From Bacteroidota bacterium (GTDB lineage Bacteria > Bacteroidota > Ignavibacteria > SZUA-365): 64,000 bases of DNA. Position numbers and translations under genes: made by a program. Below are positions 19,866 to 29,091 of the stretch, piece after piece. Position 1 is the stretch's first letter. The number at the start of each line of letters is the position of its first letter. A model generated the notes under the pieces. That model saw nothing but the letters and a program-made list of their open reading frames with translations, ran no database searches and was not told where the DNA came from. The DNA is taken from positions 516 through 64,515 of the forward strand of contig JAVFAS010000004.1 of the NCBI GenBank assembly GCA_034002405.1, written 5' to 3'.

Positions 19866-21059
19866 TCAGAGGTGGAGCGATGCCTGCCAGTCCGCGAATG
19901 CGTTCCGGAGATGGATGAGCGCCTCATCCACATGCGCGGCGGTGATGATGAGAGGGGGAAGCAATCGGATGACACGCGCGCGGGTGATGTTGATGAGCAG
20001 TCCGGCGCGCAGGCAATGATCCAGGACGAAGGATGCGGACTGCGTGCACGCGATCCCCTGCATGCATCCGCGTCCTCGAACTTCGGATATCAGCATCGGA
20101 TACTCTGCTGCCAGGTCGCGCAGGCCGCGCTGCAGCCGGGCTCCCATGCGCGCGGCATTTTCCATGACACCTTGCGCGAGTGTTTCCATGACGGCCGCAC
20201 CCGCCGCACAGGCGACTGGATTTCCCCCGAAGGTACTGCCATGTCCGCCAACGCCAAAGACATCCGCGAGCTCCGCGCGCACGAGCACGCCACCGAGCGG
20301 CAATCCGCCACCCAGCGATTTGGCGAGCGTGACGATATCGGGTGCCAGCTCGAAATGTTCGCAGGCGAGCATGCGTCCGGTGCGGCCCATGCCGGTTTGG
20401 ATTTCATCCGCGACGAGCAGCACACCGAATTTCTCCTGCACGCCACGCAGCGCGTTCGCGAACGCACCGGTCATGGGCTGGACACCACCCTCCCCCTGCA
20501 CCGGTTCGAACACAATCGCCGCGGTACGCGGTCCCACTGCCGCATGCAGCGCCTCGACATCGTTGAAGGGAAGGATGCGGCAGCCGTCGAGGAAGGGCCC
20601 GAATCCCTCACGGTACCCGGCAGTATCCATCATCGAGAGCCCCGCCATCGTTCGGCCGTGGAAGGCGTCGCGAAAGGAAAGGATTTCGAAACGATCGTTC
20701 CCCGCTGACCAGCGACGAATCAACTTGAAGGCGGATTCCATCGTTTCGGCACCGCTGTTGGCGAAGTACACGCGGGAAAATCCGGTGGCCGCGCGCAGGC
20801 GCTCCGCGAGAACGATCTGGGGTTCCTGGGGAAACAGATTCGACAGATGCAGGTAGCGTCCGATCTGGGCGCGGATCGCGTTCAGGATCGCGGGATGACC
20901 GTACCCGAGGCCGTTGACGGCGAGGCCGCCAAAAAAGTCGAGGAAGCGGCGGCCATCGGCACTGATCAGATACACGCCATCCCCGCGTTCGATTTCGATC
21001 GGAAGACGGGAATAGGTGTGGAGGATGGACTCCTGATCGCGTTCGAACAGCGTGCTCAT
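19866..21059 (-). CDS. argD: Class III pyridoxal-phosphate aminotransferase, acetylornithine aminotransferase-like
   Basis: LLVADEIQTGMGRTGRMLACEHF...TLAKSLGGGLPLG (the lysine that binds pyridoxal phosphate); 397 aa. Confidence 0.7.
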   Translation of the reverse strand: MSTLFERDQESILHTYSRLPIEIERGDGVYLISADGRRFLDFFGGLAVNGLGYGHPAILNAIRAQIGRYLHLSNLFPQEPQIVLAERLRAATGFSRVYFANSGAETMESAFKLIRRWSAGNDRFEILSFRDAFHGRTMAGLSMMDTAGYREGFGPFLDGCRILPFNDVEALHAAVGPRTAAIVFEPVQGEGGVQPMTGAFANALRGVQEKFGVLLVADEIQTGMGRTGRMLACEHFELAPDIVTLAKSLGGGLPLGGVLVRAELADVFGVGGHGSTFGGNPVACAAGAAVMETLAQGVMENAARMGARLQRGLRDLAAEYPMLISEVRGRGCMQGIACTQSASFVLDHCLRAGLLINITRARVIRLLPPLIITAAHVDEALIHLRNAFADWQASLHL

Positions 21060-21688
21060 GACGTGGGTCTCTTGCCGAGTCGTGTAAGAATGAGCAGGAT
21101 CGTGGTCGTGGCCGTGCGTAGTTCGTCGATTCCCTTGTCATTGCGAATCGTGAAGTCCGCCAACGCGGCCTTGTGCTCAGGCGGGAGCTGGTTTCGCATC
21201 CGGGCCTCGGCGGTCTCGCGGTCGCACGCGTCCCGCGCCATGACGCGGGTGATGGCGGTGTCCGTGTCGCTCAGCACCGCGACGGTGTAATCGAATTCCT
21301 CCTCGATTCCTGCTTCGAAAATCAAGGCCGATTCGACGAAGACCAGACGATGTCCCGCGATATGCCGGTCCGCGGCCATCGTGCGAATCCGGGCAATCGT
21401 CGGGGGATGCACGATGGCGTTGAGTCGTGCCAGTTGTGTTTCGGAGGAGAAGACCGTGTCGGCGAGGGTGCGGCGATCGATGGTGCCGTCGGGATGCAAG
21501 ATCCGCGGACCAAAGGCAGCAACGAGCGCGGCGCGCACGGCCGCGTCCTCGTCCATGATTGCCCGCGCGATGCTGTCGGCATCGAGCACGGGATGGTGTT
21601 GTCTGATCATCTCGGCCGCCGTACTCTTGCCGGCGCCGATGCTGCCCGTCAAACCGATCAGAAGCGGGCTCAGCCCGTGTGTGTTCAT
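21056..21688 (-). CDS. coaE: Dephospho-CoA kinase
   Basis: P-loop LIGLTGSIGAGKST; about 210 aa. Confidence 0.85.
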   Translation of the reverse strand: MNTHGLSPLLIGLTGSIGAGKSTAAEMIRQHHPVLDADSIARAIMDEDAAVRAALVAAFGPRILHPDGTIDRRTLADTVFSSETQLARLNAIVHPPTIARIRTMAADRHIAGHRLVFVESALIFEAGIEEEFDYTVAVLSDTDTAITRVMARDACDRETAEARMRNQLPPEHKAALADFTIRNDKGIDELRTATTTILLILTRLGKRPTS

Positions 21689-21710
21689 TCCTGCCGCCGC
21701 GTCCTGTGCG

Positions 21711-23279
21711 TCACTTCGCGTAGGCGATGGCGCGCTTCTCCCGGATGACCGTCACCTTGATCTGGCCGGGATACTCCATCTCGTTCTGGATCTTCTCCGC
21801 GATGTCGGTGGCGAGCTGATCGGCGAGGGTGTCGTCGATGCGATCGTGTTCCACCATCACGCGCACTTCCCGCCCGGCCTGGATCGCATAGGTCTTCGCC
21901 ACTCCTTCAAAGCCGGTCGCGATGGTCTCGAGCTTTTCGAGGCGCTTGACGTAGCCTTCGAGCGACTCCCGCCGCGCACCGGGACGCGCGCCGCTGATCG
22001 CATCGGCGGCCTGGACGAGTGGCGCGTATGGCGACTCCATCGGGATATCGTCGTGATGCGATCCGATGGCATTGATGATGATCGGATGTTCGCGGAATTT
22101 CTTCGCAAGCTCCATGCCGAGCAGTGCATGCGGTCCTTCGATATTCCGGTCGAGCGTCTTCCCGATGTCGTGCAGCATGCCGGCACGCGTCGCGATTTTC
22201 GGGTCGAGTCCGAGTTCCGCGGCCATGATCCCGCAGAGCCAGCCGACCTCGACCGAATGCTGGAGGAGGTTCTGCCCATAGCTCGAGCGGAACTTCATCT
22301 TGCCGACGAGCTTTTTGATTTCGTTGTGTGCGTTATGAATGCCGACGTCGAGCAGGGTGTTTTCTCCGACGCGGAAGATTTCTTCCTCGAGGTCCTTGCG
22401 CACTTTCTCCACCACCTCCTCGATACGCGCGGGGTGAATCCGTCCGTCCGCCATGAGTGTCTCGAGCGCGATGCGAGCCACCTCGCGACGGAACGGATCG
22501 AAGCCGGAGAGAATGACGGCTTCCGGGGTGTCATCCACGATGACATCGATGCCGGTGGCGGCTTCGAAGGCGCGGATATTCCGACCTTCGCGTCCGATGA
22601 TGCGGCCTTTCATGTCCTCGCTGGCGAGATTGAGCACGCTGACGGTGGTCTCGACGCTGTGGTCCGACGCTGTGCGCTGGATCGCCTGGAGAATAACGCG
22701 CTGGGCTTCTTTCTTCGCGGTCGATTTCATTTCATCGCGGATTTCCTTCAGCTGCTGGGCGGCCTGCAGTTTCGCGTCATTGGTCATGTTTTCGATCAGC
22801 AGATTGCGCGCGTCGTCGCGGGACATTCCCGAGACCCGCTCGAGGCGTTCGGTCTGTTCGGCGATGATGTGACTCACGCGTTCGATCCGATCCTCCAAGT
22901 CCTTTTCCCGCTCCTGCATCCGAGTCTCCGCCTGTTTGATCGCGGCTTCTTTTTTCGTCAGCAGTTCGAAGCGCCCATCAATTCCTTCTTCCTTTTCCGT
23001 CAGCTGTTTTTCGCGGGCATGGATCTTGTTGCGTTGGCGGTTGAGTTCCTTTTCATAATCCTGTTTCTTGCGGAACCACTCGTCCTTGACTTCGAGCAGT
23101 TTTTCCTTCTTGATATGTTCCGCTTCCTTCTCCGCGGCATCGATGATCTCGCGCGCCCGCTCCTCCGCGACAGAAATTTTATTCTGTCCCATGCGGGAGG
23201 CGATGTACCATCCGAGGAAAAGAAAGATGGCACTCAGTCCGATGATGGACGGGAGCAGCCAGGAGAGTTCTACGTTCAT
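21711..23279 (-). CDS. rny: Ribonuclease Y
   Basis: N-terminal transmembrane helix, coiled coil, KH domain and HD domain (LHDIGKTLD); 522 aa. Confidence 0.9.
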   Translation of the reverse strand: MNVELSWLLPSIIGLSAIFLFLGWYIASRMGQNKISVAEERAREIIDAAEKEAEHIKKEKLLEVKDEWFRKKQDYEKELNRQRNKIHAREKQLTEKEEGIDGRFELLTKKEAAIKQAETRMQEREKDLEDRIERVSHIIAEQTERLERVSGMSRDDARNLLIENMTNDAKLQAAQQLKEIRDEMKSTAKKEAQRVILQAIQRTASDHSVETTVSVLNLASEDMKGRIIGREGRNIRAFEAATGIDVIVDDTPEAVILSGFDPFRREVARIALETLMADGRIHPARIEEVVEKVRKDLEEEIFRVGENTLLDVGIHNAHNEIKKLVGKMKFRSSYGQNLLQHSVEVGWLCGIMAAELGLDPKIATRAGMLHDIGKTLDRNIEGPHALLGMELAKKFREHPIIINAIGSHHDDIPMESPYAPLVQAADAISGARPGARRESLEGYVKRLEKLETIATGFEGVAKTYAIQAGREVRVMVEHDRIDDTLADQLATDIAEKIQNEMEYPGQIKVTVIREKRAIAYAK

Positions 23280-23305
23280 TCTCGGTTATCCTCCGTAATA
23301 AAAAA

Positions 23306-23517
23306 GTACCGCACTACCCGGCAGCCGGTGGTGGGAAAAAAGAACCCAGCCTAGACACAGTGGGTAAATGCCTTCACATCTCTTGCTTCCACTGTCACCC
23401 GCCGGAGCGGATGAATCACGAGGATCGAGGCCTGCAATTGATGGTAAGAGTCAGATTCCCGGGTAAAAAGTGTTGGTTCTTTTTAACGTGGCCGGTTGCC
23501 GGATTGTAGTGCGGTGC
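23306..23517 (-). ncRNA. Candidate structured ncRNA, 6S-RNA-like (ssrS candidate); strand inferred from zapA synteny
   Basis: No ORF present. Long closing helix: 23306-23317 pairs with 23506-23517 (12 bp), then 23318-23328 with 23492-23502 (11 bp including a G-U pair, with a 3 nt bulge), an 8x7 internal loop, and 23337-23346 with 23475-23484 (10 bp). It encloses about 130 nt holding a local hairpin (acagtgg 23359-23365 with ccactgt 23391-23397). It lies immediately downstream of zapA, as ssrS does in E. coli. Confidence 0.3.
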
Positions 23518-23532
23518 TTCTCTGTCGCGATG

Positions 23533-23820
23533 TTACTGCCTGTCCAACGCCCCGTCAAGTAACTGGGTGATGGACCGGAGTTCCTGCTCCACTTTTCTCG
23601 TCAGTTGTTTCGATTCTTCTTTTTCATGGGAAAGTTCCTCGGTGACATTCAGCGCCGCGAGCACCGCCAGCGTCGTGGGCGGCTGGTCAGGAATCTGCGT
23701 GTGGAGATCGTGCATCATCCTGTCGAGCTGCTCCGCGGCGTGGATGGTCAGGTTCTCGTCGTCCACCCGCAAGGGGTATTCGGTGCCGTATATGCGAACG
23801 CGTATGCTCCGAGCTTCCAT
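23533..23820 (-). CDS. zapA: Cell division protein ZapA
   Basis: 95 aa; MEARSIRVRIYGTEYPLRVDDENLTIHAAEQLDRMM... is a typical ZapA pattern. Confidence 0.75.
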   Translation of the reverse strand: MEARSIRVRIYGTEYPLRVDDENLTIHAAEQLDRMMHDLHTQIPDQPPTTLAVLAALNVTEELSHEKEESKQLTRKVEQELRSITQLLDGALDRQ

Positions 23821-23880
23821 GATCAGTCTGAATTTGTTCTGTGAGATTCTACAATCGATCCGTCGTTGCCACTGTCAAAG

Positions 23881-24249
23881 TTACCTGGGTGACCCGAGAT
23901 GCGCGGTGATGCGTGTGATCAAGTCATCGATCTGACGTTCCAGGGCCTCTCGTTCGTGAGCCGAAAGATATAAAAGTCCGTCTCCAACGTCAACAGACGC
24001 CGGCGTCCCCACCTGTTCCCGCAAATCGGCGATCAGATGGTCCTTCTCCGCCAGCTGTGCCTCGAATGCACGTTGCGCGGCTTCCATTTCCTCGATCCGT
24101 TTGCCGAGCGACGCGTTTTCCTCACGCAAGCGTGTGATCAGGTCGACGGCCTGCTGCGCGCGATCCCAGATACCCTGCAGGGCCACCTGGATGACATTCT
24201 GCATCGTTCCGCTGTGGAGAGGCATTTCCTGATTGTTCATGTCCGTCAC
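23881..24249 (-). CDS. Coiled-coil protein, ZapB-like (putative)
   Basis: 122 aa with a heptad-rich central coiled coil (LITRLREENASLGKRIEEMEAAQRAFEAQLAEKDHLIADLREQV) immediately upstream of zapA. Confidence 0.45.
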   Translation of the reverse strand: MTDMNNQEMPLHSGTMQNVIQVALQGIWDRAQQAVDLITRLREENASLGKRIEEMEAAQRAFEAQLAEKDHLIADLREQVGTPASVDVGDGLLYLSAHEREALERQIDDLITRITAHLGSPR

Positions 24250-24270
24250 CGGTCTGGTGGTACGAAACGC

Positions 24271-26691
24271 TTAGGCGCGAAGCTCGGCGGTGAAGTCACG
24301 TCGGAGACTGGTCACGATGGCGTCGACGGCGCCGTTGATCTCATCGTCTCTGAGCGTCCGTTCCTCGGATTGAAAGGTCATCGTGAACGCGACACTCTTG
24401 CGATTCCTGCCGAGGGACTCATTCGAGAACACGTCGACGACACGCACATTTCGGAGATTCGCCGCGCGCGTGTTCCGGACTGTTTCGACAATACGCGCCG
24501 CCGGAATTGATGCGTCAACGACGATCGCGAGATCGCGGGTGACGCTGGGGAATTTCGGCACCGGCACGTAGGTCTGTCTGTCGGAAACGGCGTCGCGGAG
24601 CGTGTCGATATCCAGTTCCGCATAATACACCGGTTGATCAATATCGAAGCTTGCAAGAATCGTATCAGAAATCTCCACAAGCTGTCCGGCATATCTGCCT
24701 TTGACTTCAAGCGTTAGAACATTTTCACTTAAAGTGCTGCTTCTATCATAAGAAAAGATTGTCTCATTGTCAATATAGAGCGCGGCGAGCATCGCTTCCA
24801 CCGCTCCTTTCAGGTCGAAGAAGTCCGCGGGCCTGACGGCGGAATACCACTCCCGGTCGGAAGCGTTCCCGGTGATCGCGAGTGCGAGCATGTTGCGTTC
24901 GATGAAGGACGTCCTTTCCTCGACCCTGGCACCGCCATGCGCGTCCGATGCAGCCGTCGCCTCACGGGAGAACACATGTCCGATTTCCGCGATGCGGAGC
25001 GAGTCGTGTCCGTTGCGGCAATTCAGATCGATGGCCTCGAGCAATGAGGGAAGCAGGCTCGTTCGTAACGCCGGACGTTCCTTGCTGACCGGATTGCGGA
25101 CGACGGAAACGTCGGAGGCGGCCCGGCCGATCCCTGCGTGGTCGCGTGGGACAAGACTCGAGGACAAAATCTCGTCGAAACCGAAGCCCAACACCAGGCG
25201 TCGCAGTGTCCGGGGAAATTCCTGATCGTCGAAGCGATGTCCGACATTCATCTCGATGCGTGTCGGGACGGGAATCGCGTCGTAGCCATGGATGCGCGCG
25301 ATTTCCTCGACGAGATCGATCTCGCGCTCGAGATCACCGCGGAAGGTCGGGACCAGACAGGTGAATGCGTCCGCATCCTCCTCCACGATCTCTATCTGCA
25401 GCGCACGCAAGATTTCCCGCTGCCGCCCGGCATCGATCTCGATCCCGAGAAGGCGGTTGACGAACGCCGGACGCAACGCGATGCGGCGCCGCGCGATCGG
25501 AACGGGATAGTTGTCATACACACCCGTGACCTCGCCATGACCGATGGAGAGAATCAGCTGTGCCGCGCGATGGATGGCCCACGCGGTGATGTTGGGATCG
25601 GAGCCGCGTTCGAATCGGTAGCTCGAATCGGTCGACAGTTGAAGCAGTCGTGCCGTACGGCGAACCGATGACGGATCGAAACACGCGCTCTCGAGCAGAA
25701 TGGATGTGGTACCATCCGTGACCGAGGATTGCGCACCGCCCATGACGCCTGCGATGGCGACCGGCTGCCGCTCGTCACAGATCAGCAGTGCGTCGGCGGG
25801 AAGCTCCCGCTCCTGCCCGTCCAGGGTGGTCATCCTCTCCCCCGCGTCCGCGGTGCGGACAACGATGCGGCTCCCCTGCAGCGTCGCGAGATCGAACGCA
25901 TGCATCGGTTGGCCGATTTCCATCATGACGTAATTCGTCACGTCGACGATGTTGTTGATCGGGCGGATCCCCGCGGCGGTCAACGCCTGGCGCAACCAGT
26001 CGGGAGACTCCATGACGCGGATATTCCGGAGTATCGCACCCGTATATCGTGGACAAAGCGATGGCGACCGGTTTTCGATCATGAAGGGCTCCGGCAGCGC
26101 GACCGTCAGAGCGGGAACCTCGGGGAGGCGGAGTTCCGTGCCGCGCGCGGCGGCGATATCGCGCGCCGTCCCGATATGGGAAAGGGCATCCCCGCGGTTG
26201 GGTGTGATGCCGATGCCAAGAATGACATCATCGAGGCCGAGATGCCGCGCGATCGGTGTCCCTGGCACGGCATTATCATCGAGCACGGCGATTCCGGAGT
26301 GATCGTCGTCGAGACCGAGTTCGGCGGTGGAACAGATCATCCCGGCGGATTCCACCCCGCGGATCTTGCGCCGGTCGATGGTGAATCCGAGTGTCTCGAT
26401 GCGCGCGCCGACGCGCGCGAACACAATCTTCTGTCCGGCACGGACATTCGGTGCGCCGCAGACAACCGTGTGCGAACCGGTGCCGTCATCGACCGTGCAG
26501 ACGGACAGTTTGTCGGCATCCGGATGCTTCTCGCAGGTCCGCACGTCGCCCACGACGATATTCGCGAACGCCTCGCGCCGATCCTCGATCGACTCCACTT
26601 CCAGGCCGACATTGGTCAGGATTTGGTCGAGTTCTTCCAGGGATTCGGGGAGGTCGACATACGAGGCAAGCCAGTTTCGGGAGAGTAGCAT
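24271..26691 (-). CDS. pheT: Phenylalanine--tRNA ligase beta subunit
   Basis: 806 aa; N-terminal tRNA-binding and B3/B4 domains (MLLSRNWLASYVDLPESLEELDQILTNVGLEVE...). Confidence 0.95.
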   Translation of the reverse strand: MLLSRNWLASYVDLPESLEELDQILTNVGLEVESIEDRREAFANIVVGDVRTCEKHPDADKLSVCTVDDGTGSHTVVCGAPNVRAGQKIVFARVGARIETLGFTIDRRKIRGVESAGMICSTAELGLDDDHSGIAVLDDNAVPGTPIARHLGLDDVILGIGITPNRGDALSHIGTARDIAAARGTELRLPEVPALTVALPEPFMIENRSPSLCPRYTGAILRNIRVMESPDWLRQALTAAGIRPINNIVDVTNYVMMEIGQPMHAFDLATLQGSRIVVRTADAGERMTTLDGQERELPADALLICDERQPVAIAGVMGGAQSSVTDGTTSILLESACFDPSSVRRTARLLQLSTDSSYRFERGSDPNITAWAIHRAAQLILSIGHGEVTGVYDNYPVPIARRRIALRPAFVNRLLGIEIDAGRQREILRALQIEIVEEDADAFTCLVPTFRGDLEREIDLVEEIARIHGYDAIPVPTRIEMNVGHRFDDQEFPRTLRRLVLGFGFDEILSSSLVPRDHAGIGRAASDVSVVRNPVSKERPALRTSLLPSLLEAIDLNCRNGHDSLRIAEIGHVFSREATAASDAHGGARVEERTSFIERNMLALAITGNASDREWYSAVRPADFFDLKGAVEAMLAALYIDNETIFSYDRSSTLSENVLTLEVKGRYAGQLVEISDTILASFDIDQPVYYAELDIDTLRDAVSDRQTYVPVPKFPSVTRDLAIVVDASIPAARIVETVRNTRAANLRNVRVVDVFSNESLGRNRKSVAFTMTFQSEERTLRDDEINGAVDAIVTSLRRDFTAELRA

Positions 26692-26693
26692 GA

Positions 26694-27707
26694 TCAGTTG
26701 AATTGATGATTGACGCGGAGATCGTTTTCAAACAGGAGGCGGATGTCGTCGATCCCATGCCGGAGCATGGCCGTGCGCTCGATGCCGATGCCGAAGGCAT
26801 AGCCGCTGTATTCCTCGGGATCAACATCGACGAAGGAAAAGACATTCGGATCCACCATGCCGCAACCGAGAATCTCGAGCCAGCCGCTCTGCTTGCAAAC
26901 GCGGCACCCCGTGCCGTGACAGAGATAGCAGCTGATATCCATTTCGGCCGAAGGTTCGGTGAAGGGAAAGTAACTCGGACGGAAGCGGTACTTGAGCGAC
27001 GATCCATAATACATGCGGGCGAAGGTTACGAGGGTTCCCTTCAAATCGGCGAAGGTGACGCCGCGGTCGACGAACAGGCCGTCGATCTGGTGGAACTGCA
27101 CATGGCTCCGCGCGCTGATGACCTCGTTGCGATAGACCTTGCCGGGAAAAATCGCGCGAATCGGCGGACGGTATTGTTCCATCAGCCGCACCTGCACCGG
27201 TGTGGTGTGCGTGCGCAGCAGGTGGTTGTCGGTAATGAAAAAGGTGTCCTGCATGTCGCGCGCCGGGTGGTCCGCCGCGAAATTCAACGCCTCGAAATTG
27301 TAGTACTCGGTCTCGATTTCCGGACCATCCGCAACGCTGAACCCCATTCGCCGGAAAATGTCGGAAATTTCCTCGACGGTCTGTGAGACGATATGCATGT
27401 GTCCACGGGCATGCGTGCGGCCGGGCAACGTCAGGTCGATCGTGTCGTGCGTGGCATCACGCGTTGTCACGAGAGCCGCGAGCGCCGCATCGAGCAGCGA
27501 CTGTCCCTCCTGTCGCAGTCCGTTCAACGCCTTCCCCATCCGTGGCTTGATCTCGGGTGCGACGTCCTTGAGCTGTTCGAACAGCTGGGCGATCGTTCCC
27601 TTGCGGGACAGGTACATGATGCGGAATTGCTCGGCGGCCTGCTCGCTCTCGAGACCGGCCGCGACGCGACGCATTTCCTCGAGCAGTGCGTCGATTTTCT
27701 CTTTCAT
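26694..27707 (-). CDS. pheS: Phenylalanine--tRNA ligase alpha subunit
   Basis: Class II aminoacyl-tRNA synthetase motifs (FPFTEPSAEMDI and GIGIERTAMLRHGIDDIR); start set at the Met at 27707 (MKEKIDALL), which has a GAGGAG ribosome-binding site 6 nt upstream; the ORF-track start at 27764 has none. Confidence 0.9.
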   Translation of the reverse strand: MKEKIDALLEEMRRVAAGLESEQAAEQFRIMYLSRKGTIAQLFEQLKDVAPEIKPRMGKALNGLRQEGQSLLDAALAALVTTRDATHDTIDLTLPGRTHARGHMHIVSQTVEEISDIFRRMGFSVADGPEIETEYYNFEALNFAADHPARDMQDTFFITDNHLLRTHTTPVQVRLMEQYRPPIRAIFPGKVYRNEVISARSHVQFHQIDGLFVDRGVTFADLKGTLVTFARMYYGSSLKYRFRPSYFPFTEPSAEMDISCYLCHGTGCRVCKQSGWLEILGCGMVDPNVFSFVDVDPEEYSGYAFGIGIERTAMLRHGIDDIRLLFENDLRVNHQFN

Positions 27708-27780
27708 CTGAGACTCCTCGAAAGCTGTACCGACGGGCACGGGTGGAGATCGATGATCTTCCATGGCGTCGCCGGCGGGA

Positions 27781-27832
27781 GGAAAAATAAAACGGGCATG
27801 ACATGAGAGAGCGACTCTCGATGCAATGCCCG
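27781..27832 (-). terminator. Intrinsic terminator downstream of rplT and upstream of pheS
   Basis: On the - strand, stem GGGCAU...AUGCCC with a nested GAGAG/CUCUC helix, followed by GUUUUAUUUUUCC. Confidence 0.45.
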
Positions 27833-27854
27833 CCGAACGATGCAGGGGAAACGC

Positions 27855-28202
27855 TTACCGGGTCGCGAGCTTGACGATTTCCGCGAACGCGGTACTGTCG
27901 GTCGCGGCGATCTCGGCGAGCATCTTCCGATTGATGTCGATGTTGTTTTTGTTCAGACCGTCGATAAGACGGGAATACGACACACCGAGTGCACGGGATG
28001 CGGCGTTGATGCGCGTGATCCAGAGCTGCCGCATCGTGCGCTTCTTCGCACGCCGATCGCGAAACGCGAACTGCAGCGACTTGTCGACGCGATGTTTGGC
28101 AACGGTCAGGAGCTTGCTGCTCGCACCGTAGAAGCCCTTCGCGCGCGCGAGTGTCTTCTTGCGGCGGCGATGGGCCGCGACCTTATTCTTTGAACGAGGC
28201 AT
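27855..28202 (-). CDS. rplT: 50S ribosomal protein L20
   Basis: [27 protein letters not shown]... Confidence 0.95.
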   Translation of the reverse strand: MPRSKNKVAAHRRRKKTLARAKGFYGASSKLLTVAKHRVDKSLQFAFRDRRAKKRTMRQLWITRINAASRALGVSYSRLIDGLNKNNIDINRKMLAEIAATDSTAFAEIVKLATR

Positions 28203-28217
28203 TCTTCACCTGTGAGT

Positions 28218-28409
28218 CTATGAGATAATCGATTTGATACGCTTCTCATCCGCCGCCGCGACGAGTGTCGACTGACGCAATGCACGCTTGCGCTTCGTGG
28301 ATTTCTTCGTCAGGATGTGGCTGCGGTACGCCTTGGCGCGCTTGATCTTGCCCGAGCCCGTAAGCTTGAAACGCTTCTTCGCACCGGACTTGCCTTTGTA
28401 CTTGGGCAT
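28218..28409 (-). CDS. rpmI: 50S ribosomal protein L35
   Basis: [24 protein letters not shown]... Confidence 0.95.
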   Translation of the reverse strand: MPKYKGKSGAKKRFKLTGSGKIKRAKAYRSHILTKKSTKRKRALRQSTLVAAADEKRIKSIIS

Positions 28410-28484
28410 GTGGTCATACTCCTTGTCGTTTCAGTCGAAAATTCCAGCTTGTAAATATACGAAATTCCGTGATTCCATTCCAGT

Positions 28485-29054
28485 TCATTCGGGGTCGTTT
28501 TCGCCTTTTTTCTGCTTTTCCAGTGCCCCGATTTTCTTCTTGTCCGGTGCGAAAATCGCGATCATCGAGCGGCCCTCCATGTTGGGCTCCTTCTCGACGA
28601 TGGCGATGTCCTCGAGCGCGGCCTTCAGCTTGGTGATAAGGATGAAACCGAGTTCCTGATGGGCCATCTGCCGTCCGCGGAACACCACCGCGGCTTTCAC
28701 CTTGTTGCCTTCGAGCAGAAACTGCCGTGCGTGACGCAACTTGAAATCGAAATCATGCGTGTCGGTCGTGGGGTGATAGCGCACCTCCTTGATCACGATG
28801 TTGAGCTGCTTCTTTTTGAGCAACTTTTCCTTTTTCTGCTGCTCATACTTGAATTTCCCGTAATCCATGATCTTGCACACCGGCGGGGCGGCCTGCGGGG
28901 CGATCTCCACCAGGTCGAGTTCCTTCTCCGCTGCCATGGCAAGCGCCTCCCGCGGGGAGACAATGCCCAGCTGCTCGCCATCCGCGCCGATCAGGCGGAT
29001 TTCCTTGGTGGTGATTTCCTCGTTGATGCGTGTCTTGCGCTGGGGTGTCCGCAT
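28485..29054 (-). CDS. infC: Translation initiation factor IF-3
   Basis: INEEITTKEIRLIGADGEQLGIVSPREAL...; in the conserved thrS-infC-rpmI-rplT order. Confidence 0.9.
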   Translation of the reverse strand: MRTPQRKTRINEEITTKEIRLIGADGEQLGIVSPREALAMAAEKELDLVEIAPQAAPPVCKIMDYGKFKYEQQKKEKLLKKKQLNIVIKEVRYHPTTDTHDFDFKLRHARQFLLEGNKVKAAVVFRGRQMAHQELGFILITKLKAALEDIAIVEKEPNMEGRSMIAIFAPDKKKIGALEKQKKGENDPE

Positions 29055-29091
29055 GGGACGATTGAACGTAGCCGTGTCTGCCTCCGGTCTG

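Noticed and set aside
21381-23354. 657 aa ORF on the + strand
   Set aside because: It is entirely antisense to rny, whose KH/HD domains are unambiguous. The sequence is low-complexity and Arg/Ala/Gly-rich. This is the usual artefact of GC3-biased genes having few stop codons on the opposite strand.
23306-23517. Alternative identities for the structured element (SRP RNA, RNase P RNA, tmRNA)
   Set aside because: The SRP domain-IV consensus is absent. The length is far too short for RNase P RNA or tmRNA. A long closing helix with an enclosed bubble fits 6S best, but that remains unproven.
27708-27854. Phe-codon attenuator leader peptide upstream of pheS
   Set aside because: Candidate small ORFs (MSCPFYFSS..., MPVLFFLPP...) start inside or after the terminator stem, are not Phe-dense, and do not resemble pheM-type leaders. 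Only the terminator hairpin was kept.
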